Notes: generated by a model from the sequence alone, not told the origin. 64,000 nucleotides of DNA from Candidatus Mediterraneibacter stercoripullorum (GCA_019115765.1 DXCZ01000101.1:9051-73050), one strand, 5' to 3'. Shown: positions 33,868 through 45,016, counted from the first letter of the stretch. Numbers and translations are program-made.

Positions 33868-34835
33868 GCAATACGAAATATACCTATGCCGTCGCCCGTA
33901 TCCGTGCCCTTGAGAACTCACTGCTGACGGATGCGTTCATCGGTCAGCTGCTGGGGTGTCCGACCGTGGAACAGGCCATGCAGCTCCTGGCTGAAAAGGG
34001 CTGGGGCAGCGGTTCCACGGAGGAAGATATGGAGGATATGCTGGCGGAAGAGGAGAAGAAGGCATGGCAGGTGATCCGGGATACAGCTCCGGATATGAAA
34101 GTATTTGACGTGCTGTCCTGTCCCAGACTGTATCATAACCTGAAGGCGGCGGTGAAGGCTGTCTGCACAGGTTCCCATGTGGAGGATATATTCTATGATG
34201 GCTGCTCTGTCTCGGGGGATGAGATGATGCGGATCGTGGAGAATAAAGAGTTCGACCGCCTCCCGGGCAGAATGTCCGGGATCGCAAGAGAGGCATTTGA
34301 GACGCTGCTGCATACAGGGGACGGCCAGCTCTGTGATATCATGATCGACCGGGCAGCTCTGGAGGCTGTACAGGAAGCCGGCAGGCAGTCCGGAGAACCA
34401 ATCATCCTGGAGTATGCGGACACTACGGTCTCCATCGCGGATATCAAGATCGCTGTGCGGTGCTGCCGGACAGGCAAGTCCGCCGAGTTTATGCAAAGCG
34501 CCATGGCGGAATGCAGGGGAGTCAGTGTGGAGCAGCTGATCCGGGCGGCTCTGTCGGGAGAAGATGAGATCATAAAGTACCTGGAGGGAACGTCCTATGC
34601 AGGCGGCGCCTCGGCACTTGCCGAATCACCTTCCGCATTTGAGCGGTGGTGCGATGACCGGATGACGGAGTCCATGAAGCCTCAGAAATACGAGACTTTT
34701 TCTGTGGGGCCGCTGCTGGCGTATCTGCTTGCCCGGGAAAATGAGATTAAAACAGTGCGGATCATCCTGACCGGAAAGCAGAACGGTTTTCCGGATGATG
34801 CGATTCGGGAAAGGGTAAGGGAGATGTATGTATAA
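33864..34835 (+). CDS. ntpC: V/A-type ATPase subunit C
   Basis: YAVARIRALE and ENEIKTVRIILTGK..ERVRE motifs. Confidence 0.93.
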   Translation: MSNTKYTYAVARIRALENSLLTDAFIGQLLGCPTVEQAMQLLAEKGWGSGSTEEDMEDMLAEEEKKAWQVIRDTAPDMKVFDVLSCPRLYHNLKAAVKAVCTGSHVEDIFYDGCSVSGDEMMRIVENKEFDRLPGRMSGIAREAFETLLHTGDGQLCDIMIDRAALEAVQEAGRQSGEPIILEYADTTVSIADIKIAVRCCRTGKSAEFMQSAMAECRGVSVEQLIRAALSGEDEIIKYLEGTSYAGGASALAESPSAFERWCDDRMTESMKPQKYETFSVGPLLAYLLARENEIKTVRIILTGKQNGFPDDAIRERVREMYV

Positions 34836-35151
34836 GATAGCAGTGATTGGCGATTATGACAGCATATACGGGTTCGCTACTTTGGGACTGAGCATCTGCC
34901 CTGTCAGAACACGGGAGGAGACGCGTGTGAAGCTGAGAGAGCTGGCGGACAGTGATTACGGGATCATCTATATCACGGAAGCGGCTGCGGCCCAGGTGCC
35001 TGGAGAAATCGAGAAATACCGGGAGAGTCCCCTTCCTGCCATCATCCTGATCCCCGGCGTATCGGGCAATACCGGCGCAGGTGTGGAAGGCGTTCGGAAG
35101 ACGGTGGAACAGGCAGTGGGATCGGATATTCTGTTTGGAGGAGTAAGCTAA
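34828..35151 (+). CDS. ntpG: V/A-type ATPase subunit F
   Basis: KIAVIGD..GF and VEQAVGSDI motifs. Confidence 0.93.
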   Translation: MYKIAVIGDYDSIYGFATLGLSICPVRTREETRVKLRELADSDYGIIYITEAAAAQVPGEIEKYRESPLPAIILIPGVSGNTGAGVEGVRKTVEQAVGSDILFGGVS

Positions 35152-36917
35152 TGAGTACAGGAGTGATTAAGAAAGTCGCAGGCCCTCTGGTCATCGCTGA
35201 GGGAATGCGTGATGCAAATATGTTTGACGTGGTCCGCGTGAGCAGGCAGCGCCTGATCGGTGAGATCATCGAGATGCACGGAGACGAGGCGTCCATCCAG
35301 GTCTACGAGGAGACTTCCGGACTGGGCCCGGGAGAACCGGTGGAGTCCATGGAAGTGCCCATGTCGGTGGAACTTGGGCCGGGTCTGATCACCAGTATTT
35401 ATGACGGAATCCAGAGACCCCTGGACGATATTATGAAGATCTCCGGAAATAATCTGAAGCGTGGCGTGGAAGTGCCATCTCTGAAGCGGGATCTGAAATG
35501 GGAGTTTGTTCCCACGGTCCAGGCCGGAGATGAAGTGGGGCCGGGAGATGTGATAGGTACGGTACAGGAGACGGTGCTGGTACAGCAGAAGATCATGGTG
35601 CCCTACGGGATCTCAGGAACTATAAAGGAAATCCGGGGCGGAACATTTACCGTAGAAGAGACGGTGGCCGTGGTGGAGACGGAAAATGGCGAGAAGGAGC
35701 TGACTCTGATGCAGCGATGGCCCGTGCGCCAGGGAAGACCATATAAGAAGAAGCTGCCGCCGGAAATGCCTCTGGTGACCGGACAGAGGGTTATTGATAC
35801 TTTCTTCCCCATCGCAAAAGGCGGTGTGGCAGCAGTTCCGGGGCCTTTCGGAAGCGGAAAGACGGTGATCCAGCATCAGCTGGCAAAATGGGCGGAAGCG
35901 GATATCGTAGTCTATATCGGATGCGGCGAGCGTGGCAATGAGATGACAGATGTGCTCAACGAGTTCCCGGAGCTGAAGGATCCGAAGACAGGGCAGCCTC
36001 TGATGCAGCGGACAGTCCTCATCGCCAATACTTCGGATATGCCGGTGGCTGCCCGGGAGGCATCCATTTATACAGGAATCACCATTGCAGAATATTTCCG
36101 GGATATGGGGTATTCGGTAGCGCTGATGGCGGACTCTACTTCCCGCTGGGCGGAGGCTCTCAGGGAGATGTCGGGCCGTCTGGAAGAGATGCCCGGCGAG
36201 GAAGGATATCCTGCTTATCTGGGAAGCCGTCTGGCTCAGTTCTACGAGCGGGCAGGACATGTGATCTCTCTTGGAAAGGAAGACCGGGAGGGCGCCCTCT
36301 CCGTGATCGGCGCTGTATCTCCGCCGGGAGGTGACACGTCAGAGCCGGTATCTCAGGCGACCCTGCGTATTGTCAAGGTGTTCTGGGGACTGGATTCCGA
36401 GCTGGCATATAAGAGGCATTTCCCGGCTATCAACTGGCTGAACAGTTACTCCCTGTATCTGGATGACATGGAGAAATGGTTCAACGCGGAGGTGGCTCCT
36501 GACTGGATGGAGGGGCGTCAGAAGATGATGAGCCTGCTCCAGGAGGAAGCAGAACTGGAAGAGATCGTGAAGATGGTAGGTATGGACGCTCTGTCTCCCG
36601 GGGACCGGCTGAAGATGGAAGCGGCCCGGTCCATTCGTGAGGATTTTCTGCATCAGAATTCTTTTCATGAGATCGATACCTATACATCGCTTAAGAAGCA
36701 GTATATGATGATGCGTCTGGTCAATGCATTCTATGAAAAATCCAGGGATGCGCTGGAAAAGGGCGCTCCTTTGAACCGTCTGATATCCATGCCTGTGCGG
36801 GAGCAGATCGGACGTTTCAAATATGTGACAGAGGACGCGCTGGATGAGTCCTATGCAAAAGTGGAAGAAGAACTGAACGCGCAGATTGCAGAGGCGCTTA
36901 GAAAGGGGGAACGCTAA
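35151..36917 (+). CDS. ntpA: V/A-type ATPase subunit A
   Basis: [16 protein letters not shown] and [12 protein letters not shown] motifs. Confidence 0.98.
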   Translation: MSTGVIKKVAGPLVIAEGMRDANMFDVVRVSRQRLIGEIIEMHGDEASIQVYEETSGLGPGEPVESMEVPMSVELGPGLITSIYDGIQRPLDDIMKISGNNLKRGVEVPSLKRDLKWEFVPTVQAGDEVGPGDVIGTVQETVLVQQKIMVPYGISGTIKEIRGGTFTVEETVAVVETENGEKELTLMQRWPVRQGRPYKKKLPPEMPLVTGQRVIDTFFPIAKGGVAAVPGPFGSGKTVIQHQLAKWAEADIVVYIGCGERGNEMTDVLNEFPELKDPKTGQPLMQRTVLIANTSDMPVAAREASIYTGITIAEYFRDMGYSVALMADSTSRWAEALREMSGRLEEMPGEEGYPAYLGSRLAQFYERAGHVISLGKEDREGALSVIGAVSPPGGDTSEPVSQATLRIVKVFWGLDSELAYKRHFPAINWLNSYSLYLDDMEKWFNAEVAPDWMEGRQKMMSLLQEEAELEEIVKMVGMDALSPGDRLKMEAARSIREDFLHQNSFHEIDTYTSLKKQYMMMRLVNAFYEKSRDALEKGAPLNRLISMPVREQIGRFKYVTEDALDESYAKVEEELNAQIAEALRKGER

Positions 36918-38300
36918 ATGCCGAAAGAATATAGAACCATACAGGAAGTGGCCGGACCGCTGATGCTGGTCCGCGGCGTGGAGGGCGTGACCTATGACGA
37001 GCTGGGGGAGATCGAACTTGCCAGCGGCGAGACGAGACGGTGTAAGGTGCTGGAAGTAAACGGAAGTGATGTGTTGGTCCAGCTCTTCGAGAGCTCCACT
37101 GGTATAAATCTTTCTAACAGCAAAGTCCGTTTCCTGGGAAGAAGCATGGAACTGGGGGTGTCCGAGGATATGCTTGGCCGTGTATTCGACGGCCTTGGCC
37201 GTCCCATTGATGAGGGACCGGAGATTCTTCCGGAAGCCCGCATGGATATAAACGGTCTGCCTATGAACCCGGCGGCAAGAAGCTATCCGGAGGAGTTCAT
37301 CCAGACCGGAGTATCCGCCATCGACGGACTGAACACACTGGTCCGCGGTCAGAAGCTGCCGATCTTCTCCGCTTCCGGTCTGCCTCATGCCCAGCTGGCG
37401 GCACAGATCGCCAGACAGGCAAAGGTACTGGGAAAGGATGAAAACTTTGCCGTTGTATTTGCCGCTATGGGAATCACATTTGAGGAGTCCAACTTCTTCA
37501 TCGAGAGCTTCCGCGAGACCGGAGCTCTGGACCGGACCGTCCTCTTCGTAAACCTGGCAAATGACCCGGCTATCGAGCGTATCGCCACGCCGAAGATGGC
37601 CCTGACCGCGGCAGAGTATCTTGCCTTTGAAAAAGATATGCACGTGCTGGTCATCCTGACCGATATTACCAACTACGCGGACGCCCTCCGGGAAGTCTCC
37701 GCAGCCCGCAAGGAAGTGCCGGGGCGCCGTGGATATCCGGGATATATGTACACAGACCTGGCGTCCATTTACGAGAGAGCGGGAAGACAGCGGGGGAAAA
37801 AGGGAAGCATCACCATGATCCCTATCCTGACCATGCCCGAGGATGACAAGACCCACCCGATCCCGGACCTGACCGGATATATCACCGAGGGGCAGATCAT
37901 CCTGAGCCGTGAGCTCTACCGCAAGGGAATCACACCGCCCATCGATGTGCTGCCGTCCCTGTCGCGACTGAAGGACAAGGGAATCGGCGAGGGCAAGACC
38001 AGGGCCGATCACTCCAATACAATGAACCAGCTCTTCTCTGCCTATGCCCGCGGAAAAGACGCCAAGGAGCTGATGGTGATCCTGGGCGAGGCGGCCCTCA
38101 CCGAAATCGACCTGATGTATGCCAGATTCGCCGATGCCTTCGAGAAAGAATACGTCTCCCAGGGCTACAACACAGACCGCAGCATCGAAGAGACCCTGGA
38201 CATCGGCTGGAAGCTTCTCCGCATGCTCCCACGCGCCGAACTAAAACGAATCGATGACAAATATCTGGATAAATACTACGGGACTGTCCCCGAAGCGTAA
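36918..38300 (+). CDS. ntpB: V/A-type ATPase subunit B
   Basis: [22 protein letters not shown] and PSLSRL motifs. Confidence 0.98.
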   Translation: MPKEYRTIQEVAGPLMLVRGVEGVTYDELGEIELASGETRRCKVLEVNGSDVLVQLFESSTGINLSNSKVRFLGRSMELGVSEDMLGRVFDGLGRPIDEGPEILPEARMDINGLPMNPAARSYPEEFIQTGVSAIDGLNTLVRGQKLPIFSASGLPHAQLAAQIARQAKVLGKDENFAVVFAAMGITFEESNFFIESFRETGALDRTVLFVNLANDPAIERIATPKMALTAAEYLAFEKDMHVLVILTDITNYADALREVSAARKEVPGRRGYPGYMYTDLASIYERAGRQRGKKGSITMIPILTMPEDDKTHPIPDLTGYITEGQIILSRELYRKGITPPIDVLPSLSRLKDKGIGEGKTRADHSNTMNQLFSAYARGKDAKELMVILGEAALTEIDLMYARFADAFEKEYVSQGYNTDRSIEETLDIGWKLLRMLPRAELKRIDDKYLDKYYGTVPEA

Positions 38301-38369
38301 GCGCAGCGGGACTGTCCCAGAAGCCCTGAAAAGGGCGGAAAATCGACTGTCCCCGAAGCGTAAGCGCAG
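38280..38369. repeat. REP-like repeats (family E) overlapping the ntpB stop
   Basis: gactgtccccgaagcgtaagcgcag exact at 38282 and 38345; palindrome gggactgtccc at 38280 and 38308. Confidence 0.8.
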
Positions 38370-38393
38370 AAACTCAACAAGGAGGTGGCGGGT

Positions 38394-39056
38394 TTGGCTG
38401 GAAAGCATGTAAATCCGACCCGGATGGAATTGACCCGCTTGAAGAAAAAGCGAGTCACGGCGATCCGTGGACATAAACTGTTAAAAGACAAACGGGATGA
38501 ATTGATGCGCCAGTATCTGGATCTGGTGAGGGAGAACATGGAGGTTCGGAAGAAAGTGGAAGCAGGCATCCGCTCCGCAAACCGGAATTTCGTGATCGCG
38601 AAAGCCGGCATGTCAGCGGCGGCGCTGAACACGGCACTTATGGCTCCGAAACAGGAAGTAAACCTGGAAGCCGGCGAGAAGAATGTAATGAGCGTGGATA
38701 TCCCGGTTTTTGAATATAAGACAAGGACTGCGGATGAAAATGATATCTATTCCTATGGATTTGCATTTACTTCCGCAGATCTGGACGGAGCTGTGAAGTC
38801 TCTGGCGGATATCCTGCCAGACATGATCCGGCTGGCGGAGTGCGAGAAAGCCTGCCAGCTGATGGCGGCAGAGATCGAGAAGACGAGAAGAAGGGTAAAT
38901 GCACTGGAACATGTGATCATCCCTGAGACGGAGGAAAACATCCGGTATATTACAATGAAGCTGGATGAAAACGAGCGGAGCACCCAGATCCGGCTGATGA
39001 AGGTGAAGGACATGATGCTGGAAGAGGCTCATCATTATGACTGTTTCGTTCAATAG
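38394..39056 (+). CDS. ntpD: V/A-type ATPase subunit D
   Basis: NPTRMEL, RGHKLLKDKRD and KTRRRVNALE motifs; TTG 38394 is best spaced from AAGGAGG. Confidence 0.96.
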   Translation: MAGKHVNPTRMELTRLKKKRVTAIRGHKLLKDKRDELMRQYLDLVRENMEVRKKVEAGIRSANRNFVIAKAGMSAAALNTALMAPKQEVNLEAGEKNVMSVDIPVFEYKTRTADENDIYSYGFAFTSADLDGAVKSLADILPDMIRLAECEKACQLMAAEIEKTRRRVNALEHVIIPETEENIRYITMKLDENERSTQIRLMKVKDMMLEEAHHYDCFVQ

Positions 39057-39143
39057 CTTTTTTCAGAAAACATCCGGAAGCGGGGCGATTTATTGGATAA
39101 TCGTATTCCGGATGAGGAGATGGGTGTGTCATGTTCCGTTCCG

Positions 39144-39279
39144 GAATCTGGGAAGAATCTAAAGGAAGAAAAAACTGTTTAAAAGCAAAACGGCACGAGG
39201 GGCAACTCGCGTTCGCTCAGACAATCCCCTCGTGCCGTTTAACAACAGTTTTCCCTTCCTAAGATCTTCCAACAGATTC
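39144..39279. repeat. 136-nt long imperfect hairpin (element C)
   Basis: Perfect 15-bp inner stem aaacggcacgagggg/cccctcgtgccgttt plus further paired blocks out to gaatctg/cagattc. Confidence 0.75.
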
Positions 39280-39326
39280 AAGTCTTACAAATGGTAAGAT
39301 CTCCAAGCCGCGCCAATTTACGAGAC

Positions 39327-39512
39327 TGTTCAGTTGTTTCCGGAAGGTCGCTGCCAAAGCGGTGTGTTGTCCCGGCGGCCGCGCTTTCGCTCGGAGCATA
39401 GCGCAGCGGACACATAAGGCCGCAAAGAACGCGGCCTAAGTGCCGGCGCTCTGCTACGGGCCTTCGTGACAACACACCGCCTCGACAGCTGGATAACGGA
39501 AACAACTGAACA
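39327..39512. repeat. Element B, copy 1: ~186-nt structured element
   Basis: 16-bp terminal inverted repeat tgttcagttgtttccg/cggaaacaactgaaca; core 39371-39476 is 102/106 identical to 53559-53664. Confidence 0.85.
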
Positions 39513-39534
39513 TTCCCCACAAGCTTCCCGGGGG

Positions 39535-40314
39535 TTATTTCGTTGTTTCTGTCCCAATCAGTACTTTGTTTCCGCAAAATGCAAATCCATATTTTCTGAT
39601 CTTATCAGACTGAACGCAGTGTGCAGTTAATACAGACACATAATTTTTCTCATTAATCTGCTTTAGAGCCGAGGTTACGGTTTCTGACAGAGCAGTTTCT
39701 TCTGATTCCTGAACCTTGAACTCTATGATGATCGCAGGTTCAGCGGTATCTTTTGACTCAATCAGTACATCATAACGCCCGAAACCGCTCTCCCTGTTGG
39801 AGGTGATACGGTATTTATCTTCAAGTTCAACAATCAGGCCAAGGACAAATCCATGGTAAAAGCGTTCCGGCTCTGTGACTTCTGAAGGCTTATATCAGAT
39901 GTGGGATGACTCCCGCCTCTACAGGCGGTGAGTGACAAATCAGTATCAGTGGCGGGTGTCAATCCCCCATCTGATATACGCTCCGCGAGGCTGCGCAGGG
40001 ATTCGGAGATGTATTATGTCAGCTAAGGCTGACCCGAATCCCGCGCCAAGACTCGCAAGCGAGTCTTGAACATATTCTCTCATGCCGGAAGATACCTGAT
40101 TGAATTCTGTCTTTTCCTGCTCGTTGAGAGTATCTCCTTCAAGCAGAAAGCGGTATTTCTGATAAAGCATCTGGATCGTGGCGCAAATCTTTTCCTTGGC
40201 TTCCTCATAGTTTTTTTCTTTGATTGAAGAAAAACTAAGTGAGATAACCGGAAAGGTTCCCTGAAGTTTCCGGTATGCCGGCTCTTTCCATATGTCCATT
40301 TTTGTAAAACTCAC
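39535..40314 (-). pseudogene. AAA-ATPase-like / PD-(D/E)XK nuclease gene remnant with its middle replaced by element A
   Basis: 40314-40071 encodes IWKE..LQGTFPVISLSF; 39891-39535 encodes PERFYHGFVLGL..SNRESGFGRYD..IIEFK..KYGFAF; N-terminus and centre are missing. Confidence 0.85.
39890..40070. mobile_element. Element A, copy 3
   Basis: 178/181 identical to 43-223; lies at the junction of the two pseudogene fragments. Confidence 0.8.
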
Positions 40315-40673
40315 ATTTCCTGCATATGCAGTGGAAAAAACTGCTCAACCATGCTCATGGTCAGAGTTTTTCCAAAATGCACTGTTCAGAACGAAAATGC
40401 TATTGTCCAAACAGCCGACTTCATCTCTGTACATGTTCACACTTTTGAAACATCTGATGGTAAAACGCCTGGAAAGATAGTAATTTTGAGTAATCATACA
40501 AAGGAAACGGATGAAAAATGTAATATTCTTGTAAAAAGTTTGTGTTTTTTGCCCGAAAAAACTTCAAATTTTACTGGAAATGAGTTACAATTTGTACATA
40601 AGTCATTGCGGCTTTGCGGCATTTTTATAAAATGCCGGATTAATGCAAAATAAGTTAGAATAGGGGAAGAATT

Positions 40674-41882
40674 ATGGCAAAAGAAATGATTGCAATGCTT
40701 CTTGCCGGAGGACAGGGATCTCGACTGTATGCCCTGACGCAGAATCTGGCAAAACCTGCAGTTCCTTTCGGCGGCAAATATCGTATTATCGATTTCCCGC
40801 TGTCGAACTGCGTAAATTCCGGTATTGACACAGTGGGAATCCTGACTCAGTATCAGCCTCTCGTACTGAACGAGTACATAGGGAATGGACAGCCCTGGGA
40901 TCTGGACCGTCTCCATGGCGGTGTGCATGTGCTTCCGCCGTATCAGAGGGCTTCTGGTTCAGACTGGTACAAAGGGACCGCAAATGCGATCTATCAGAAT
41001 ATCTCGTTTATCGAGCGTTATGATCCCGAATATGTTATTATTCTTTCCGGAGATCAGATCTGCAAGCAGGACTACAGCGATTTTCTGAAGTTCCATAAGG
41101 AGAAGGGGGCAGAGTTCAGTGTAGCTGTTATGGAAGTACCGTGGGAAGAGGCGTCCCGTTTCGGACTTATGGTAACCGATGAGAACGACAAGATCACAGA
41201 GTTCCAGGAGAAACCGAAGAATCCCAAGTCCAATCTGGCATCGATGGGAATCTATATATTCAACTGGGACATCCTGAAGAAATATCTGGAAGAAGATGAG
41301 GCAGATCCGAATTCAGAGAATGACTTTGGAAACAATATTATTCCTAATCTTCTCAGGGATGAGAGAAAAATGTACGCTTACAGGTTCAGTGGCTACTGGA
41401 AGGATGTAGGGACCATTTCTTCTCTCTGGGAGGCAAATATGGAAGTTCTGGATCCGGAGCACAGTGGAATCAATCTGTTTGATGAGGAGTGGAAGATCTA
41501 CAGCAGAAATAGTGGTATGACCGGGCACAAGATTGGTTCGGATGCGGTTGTAGAGAACTCCATGATCACTGACGGATGCCGGATCAACGGAAATGTAAAG
41601 CATTCTATTTTGTTTGCAGGTGTAAAGGTTGAGGCAGGCGCAGAGGTAGAAGACGCTGTGGTAATGGGCGGCACGACCATCAAGGCAGGAGCAGTTGTGA
41701 AGCACTGTATCGTGGCTGAGAATGTCACTATTGGAGAAAATGCTGTCGTAGGCGCGATGCCGGACGGCGAGAACAGCGGTGTTGCAACAATCGGAAGCGG
41801 CGTATATGTAGGCGACGGAGCCAAGGTCGGACCAAATGCGATGGTCAGCAATAATGTAAAGGACGGTGAAGAACAGTGGTAA
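40674..41882 (+). CDS. glgC: Glucose-1-phosphate adenylyltransferase
   Basis: [25 protein letters not shown] and YWKDVGT motifs. Confidence 0.97.
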   Translation: MAKEMIAMLLAGGQGSRLYALTQNLAKPAVPFGGKYRIIDFPLSNCVNSGIDTVGILTQYQPLVLNEYIGNGQPWDLDRLHGGVHVLPPYQRASGSDWYKGTANAIYQNISFIERYDPEYVIILSGDQICKQDYSDFLKFHKEKGAEFSVAVMEVPWEEASRFGLMVTDENDKITEFQEKPKNPKSNLASMGIYIFNWDILKKYLEEDEADPNSENDFGNNIIPNLLRDERKMYAYRFSGYWKDVGTISSLWEANMEVLDPEHSGINLFDEEWKIYSRNSGMTGHKIGSDAVVENSMITDGCRINGNVKHSILFAGVKVEAGAEVEDAVVMGGTTIKAGAVVKHCIVAENVTIGENAVVGAMPDGENSGVATIGSGVYVGDGAKVGPNAMVSNNVKDGEEQW

Positions 41883-43018
41883 ATTCAAATATTGATGCAT
41901 TGGGAATCATTTTCCCGAACAGTTATGACGATCTGGTGCCGGAACTGGTGGCTGACCGGCTTATGGCTTCCATTCCCTTCGCGGGACGTTACAGAATGAT
42001 CGATTTTATACTTTCCAGCATGGTAAACTGTGGTATAGATAACGTTTCCGTGATCGTCCGCAAGAATTATCATTCTCTCCTGGATCATCTGGGATCAGGA
42101 AGAGAGTGGGACCTGACCCGTAAGAACGGCGGCCTTAATATCGTTCCTCCCTTCGCTGAGAAGACAGTTAAGGTATACAACGGCCGTGTTGAGGCGCTGG
42201 CAAGTATCCTTGGTTTCCTCAAGAGCCAGAAGGAGAAATATGTTGTCACGGCTGACGCCAATGTTGCGGCAAGCTTTGACTTCGGCGCGTTCCTCCAGCA
42301 GCATATCGAGAGCGGCGCGGACGTGACGATGGCTTATACAGAAGAGGAGCTGCCGGAGAGCTTCAAGAATACGGAGATCAACAGCAAGTCTCTGTATTAT
42401 ACTCTGGATCTGGACGGCCAGAGAGTGACGAATATCAAGATCAACTCCAAGGCGTCAGGAGTACAGAACTTCTCAATGAACATTTATGCGATCGACAGAG
42501 AGACACTGATCGATCAGATCAGCCAGGCTTTCGTACGGGGATATGCATATTATGAAAGAGATATCCTGTCTCCGCATCTGGTAACACTGAATGTCCAGGG
42601 ATTCAAGTTTGAAGGATACAGCGCGCGGATCTCAGACATGAAGAGCTATTTCGATGAGAACATGAAGCTGCTGGATGAGGATAATCTGGATGCGCTCTTT
42701 GACAAGGGACAGATCTATACAAAGATCCGTGACGACAACCCGACCCGTTATATTACAGGCTCCCGCGTGAAGAATGTAATGGCAGCGGACGGCTGTGTGA
42801 TCGAGGGCGATGTGGAAAACTGCGTACTCTTCCGTGGAGTAAAGATCAAGAGCGGAGCAAAGGTACGCAACTGCGTACTGATGCAGGATACGGTAGTTGA
42901 GTCCGGAGCTGAGCTTGATTATGTGATCGCAGACAAGAATGTTGTGATCACTGAGAATCAGAAACTGCAGGGAACCGATACCTTACAGGTATTTGTAGAG
43001 AAGAGAAAACGAGTATAA
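41876..43018 (+). CDS. glgD: Glucose-1-phosphate adenylyltransferase subunit GlgD
   Basis: [14 protein letters not shown] and [10 protein letters not shown] motifs; follows glgC. Confidence 0.95.
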   Translation: MVNSNIDALGIIFPNSYDDLVPELVADRLMASIPFAGRYRMIDFILSSMVNCGIDNVSVIVRKNYHSLLDHLGSGREWDLTRKNGGLNIVPPFAEKTVKVYNGRVEALASILGFLKSQKEKYVVTADANVAASFDFGAFLQQHIESGADVTMAYTEEELPESFKNTEINSKSLYYTLDLDGQRVTNIKINSKASGVQNFSMNIYAIDRETLIDQISQAFVRGYAYYERDILSPHLVTLNVQGFKFEGYSARISDMKSYFDENMKLLDEDNLDALFDKGQIYTKIRDDNPTRYITGSRVKNVMAADGCVIEGDVENCVLFRGVKIKSGAKVRNCVLMQDTVVESGAELDYVIADKNVVITENQKLQGTDTLQVFVEKRKRV

Positions 43019-43024
43019 AAGCCG

Positions 43025-43072
43025 GAAGAAGCCGGAGCTGAAGGGGGAATCCCGGGACGCTCCGGCTTCTTC
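43025..43072 (+). terminator. Probable terminator after glgD
   Basis: gaagaagccggagc / gctccggcttcttc inverted repeat. Confidence 0.55.
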
Positions 43073-43225
43073 ATTGTATAAAACTGTCGAAAAGGAATAA
43101 AGGGCGGGGGTTGAAGCATATCCTTCTGCGTGTTAGAATAAAGAAACGCAACAGAAAGTCACGGTGCAGCCGTTCTGAAAAGAGGCGGATGCATTTTCGG
43201 CATTATGCAGACACAGGAGGAGTTT

Positions 43226-44422
43226 ATGAATCTTGACCGAGAAAACATGAGGAAAATAAGGCAGCTGATTCTGTTTACGATCATCATACTGATCGCACTG
43301 TGGAACTATGCGATCATCCTGGATGCTGTGGGATATGCTCTGGGAATCATATTTCCATTTATCCTGGGCGGAGGAATCGCGTTTGTTTTGAATGTTCCCA
43401 TGAGTTCCATTGAGGAGTTGATCTTCTACAATAAGAAGCTGAAGGATAAAAAGATAGCGAACCGTCTGGCGCGGCCTGTCAGCCTGGTCCTTACTATTGT
43501 GATCATGATAGGGGTCGTGGTACTGGTCATGTTTGTTGTGATCCCTGAACTGACCCGGACACTTATGTCCCTGGGCAGGACGATTCAGGTATTTATTCCG
43601 GAAGCTCAGAGATTTTTGGAGGACCTGTTTACCAACAACAGTGATATGAGGGCCTGGCTGGACAGTCTGAATCTGAACGTAGATACGATCATGAGCAATG
43701 CCGTGGAATTCTTCCAGACCGGTGCAGGAAACGTGCTGAACTCGACTATGTCAGCAATCGGTTCTATCGTCAGCGGTGTGACTACATTTGTTATTGCATT
43801 TGTTTTCGCCTGTTATCTCCTGCTGCAGAAAGAGAAGCTGAGGGTGCAGGTGGGAAAGGTGCTGGATGCCTTCCTCAAACCGGAGCGTGTGGAATGGGTT
43901 ACGGAAGTGTGCTCACTGACCGCGAAGACCTTCTCCAACTTTCTGGCTGGTCAGTGCCTTGAGGCTCTGATCCTTGGATGTATGTTCTTTGTGGTGATGA
44001 GCATTTTCAGCATGCCGTATACTCTGCTGATCAGTGTGCTGATCGCCTTTACCGCGCTGATCCCCATATTCGGCGCCTTCATCGGATGTATCGTGGGAGC
44101 ATTTCTCATCCTGATGGTAGATCCTCTGCAGGCACTGGGATTTGTGATCATGTTTCTTGTCCTTCAGCAGATTGAAGGAAATATGATCTATCCCAAGGTT
44201 GTGGGAAAATCTGTTGGTCTGCCCTCTATCTGGGTACTGGCGGCGGTTACAGTGGGCGGTAATCTCATGGGCGTGGCAGGAATGCTGATCTTTATACCTA
44301 TCGTATCAGTCATCTATGCCCTGTTCCGGGCCGGCGTGTATAAAAGACTGAAGAAGAAAAAGATGCTGGAGGAGAGTAAGATGAGCCGGAAGCCGGAGAC
44401 TGAGACGGCGGCAAAAGACTGA
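43226..44422 (+). CDS. AI-2E family transporter
   Basis: IPIFGAFIG and QQIEGNMIYPKVVGKSVGLP motifs; multiple TM segments. Confidence 0.92.
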   Translation: MNLDRENMRKIRQLILFTIIILIALWNYAIILDAVGYALGIIFPFILGGGIAFVLNVPMSSIEELIFYNKKLKDKKIANRLARPVSLVLTIVIMIGVVVLVMFVVIPELTRTLMSLGRTIQVFIPEAQRFLEDLFTNNSDMRAWLDSLNLNVDTIMSNAVEFFQTGAGNVLNSTMSAIGSIVSGVTTFVIAFVFACYLLLQKEKLRVQVGKVLDAFLKPERVEWVTEVCSLTAKTFSNFLAGQCLEALILGCMFFVVMSIFSMPYTLLISVLIAFTALIPIFGAFIGCIVGAFLILMVDPLQALGFVIMFLVLQQIEGNMIYPKVVGKSVGLPSIWVLAAVTVGGNLMGVAGMLIFIPIVSVIYALFRAGVYKRLKKKKMLEESKMSRKPETETAAKD

Positions 44423-44514
44423 CGCAAGCGTGGCCGCCGGGGCAATACAGCTCCGTTATGGCGGACGTCCGAGATAAATGAACAAGAAGAGAAACACGAT
44501 ATGCAATAAAGGGC

Positions 44515-44544
44515 TTGACTTCCAACATGCCGTCATGGTACAAT
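44515..44544 (+). promoter_or_regulatory. SigA promoter of rpmG-secE-nusG-rplK-rplA
   Basis: TTGACT-18 nt-TACAAT with extended -10 TG. Confidence 0.7.
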
Positions 44545-44646
44545 GTCATGGCGAATGGAAGTAGGCCTTTTTTTTATGCCTAAAAACAGATGGCTTCGCA
44601 ACCATCAGTAACACGTAGTGAATATGTTAAAAGCGAGGTGGAAGTT

Positions 44647-44796
44647 GTGCGCACAAGAATTACACTGGAGTGTACGGAATGCAAAAACCGTAACTACAAC
44701 ATGACAAAGGATAAGAAAGCTCATCCGGAACGTATGGAGACCAAGAAGTACTGCAGATTCTGCAAATCACACACACTGCACAAGGAAACGAAGTAG
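44647..44796 (+). CDS. rpmG: 50S ribosomal protein L33 (Zn-ribbon form)
   Basis: [26 protein letters not shown]; GTG start. Confidence 0.96.
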   Translation: MRTRITLECTECKNRNYNMTKDKKAHPERMETKKYCRFCKSHTLHKETK

Positions 44797-44818
44797 TCGC
44801 CGGAAGGAAGTGGATACC

Positions 44819-45016
44819 ATGGGTGAAAAGACCAAAACTCAGAAAAAGAGCTGGTTCAAAGGTCTTCAGGCTGAGTTCAAGAAGATTATTTGGCCAGACA
44901 GGAAGACACTTGCGAAACAGACCACGGCAGTCGTTGTTGTTTCTGTTATCCTCGGAGTGCTGATCGCTGTGATCGACGTAATCCTGAGATACGGAATCGA
45001 CTTACTGGTGAAATAG
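44819..45016 (+). CDS. secE: Preprotein translocase subunit SecE
   Basis: AEFKKIIWP motif plus TM segment; between rpmG and nusG. Confidence 0.95.
   Translation: MGEKTKTQKKSWFKGLQAEFKKIIWPDRKTLAKQTTAVVVVSVILGVLIAVIDVILRYGIDLLVK

Noticed and set aside
36339-38012. 557-aa antisense ORF and other long reverse-frame ORFs (e.g. 30411-31640, 60465-61562, 62351-63358)
   Set aside because: Shadow ORFs opposite strongly conserved genes, with no recognisable motifs; expected from codon bias.
39278-39577. Short minus-strand ORFs across element B, and 48776-49132 across family D
   Set aside because: They run through palindromic repeats, have no protein motifs, and are not preserved in the other copy.
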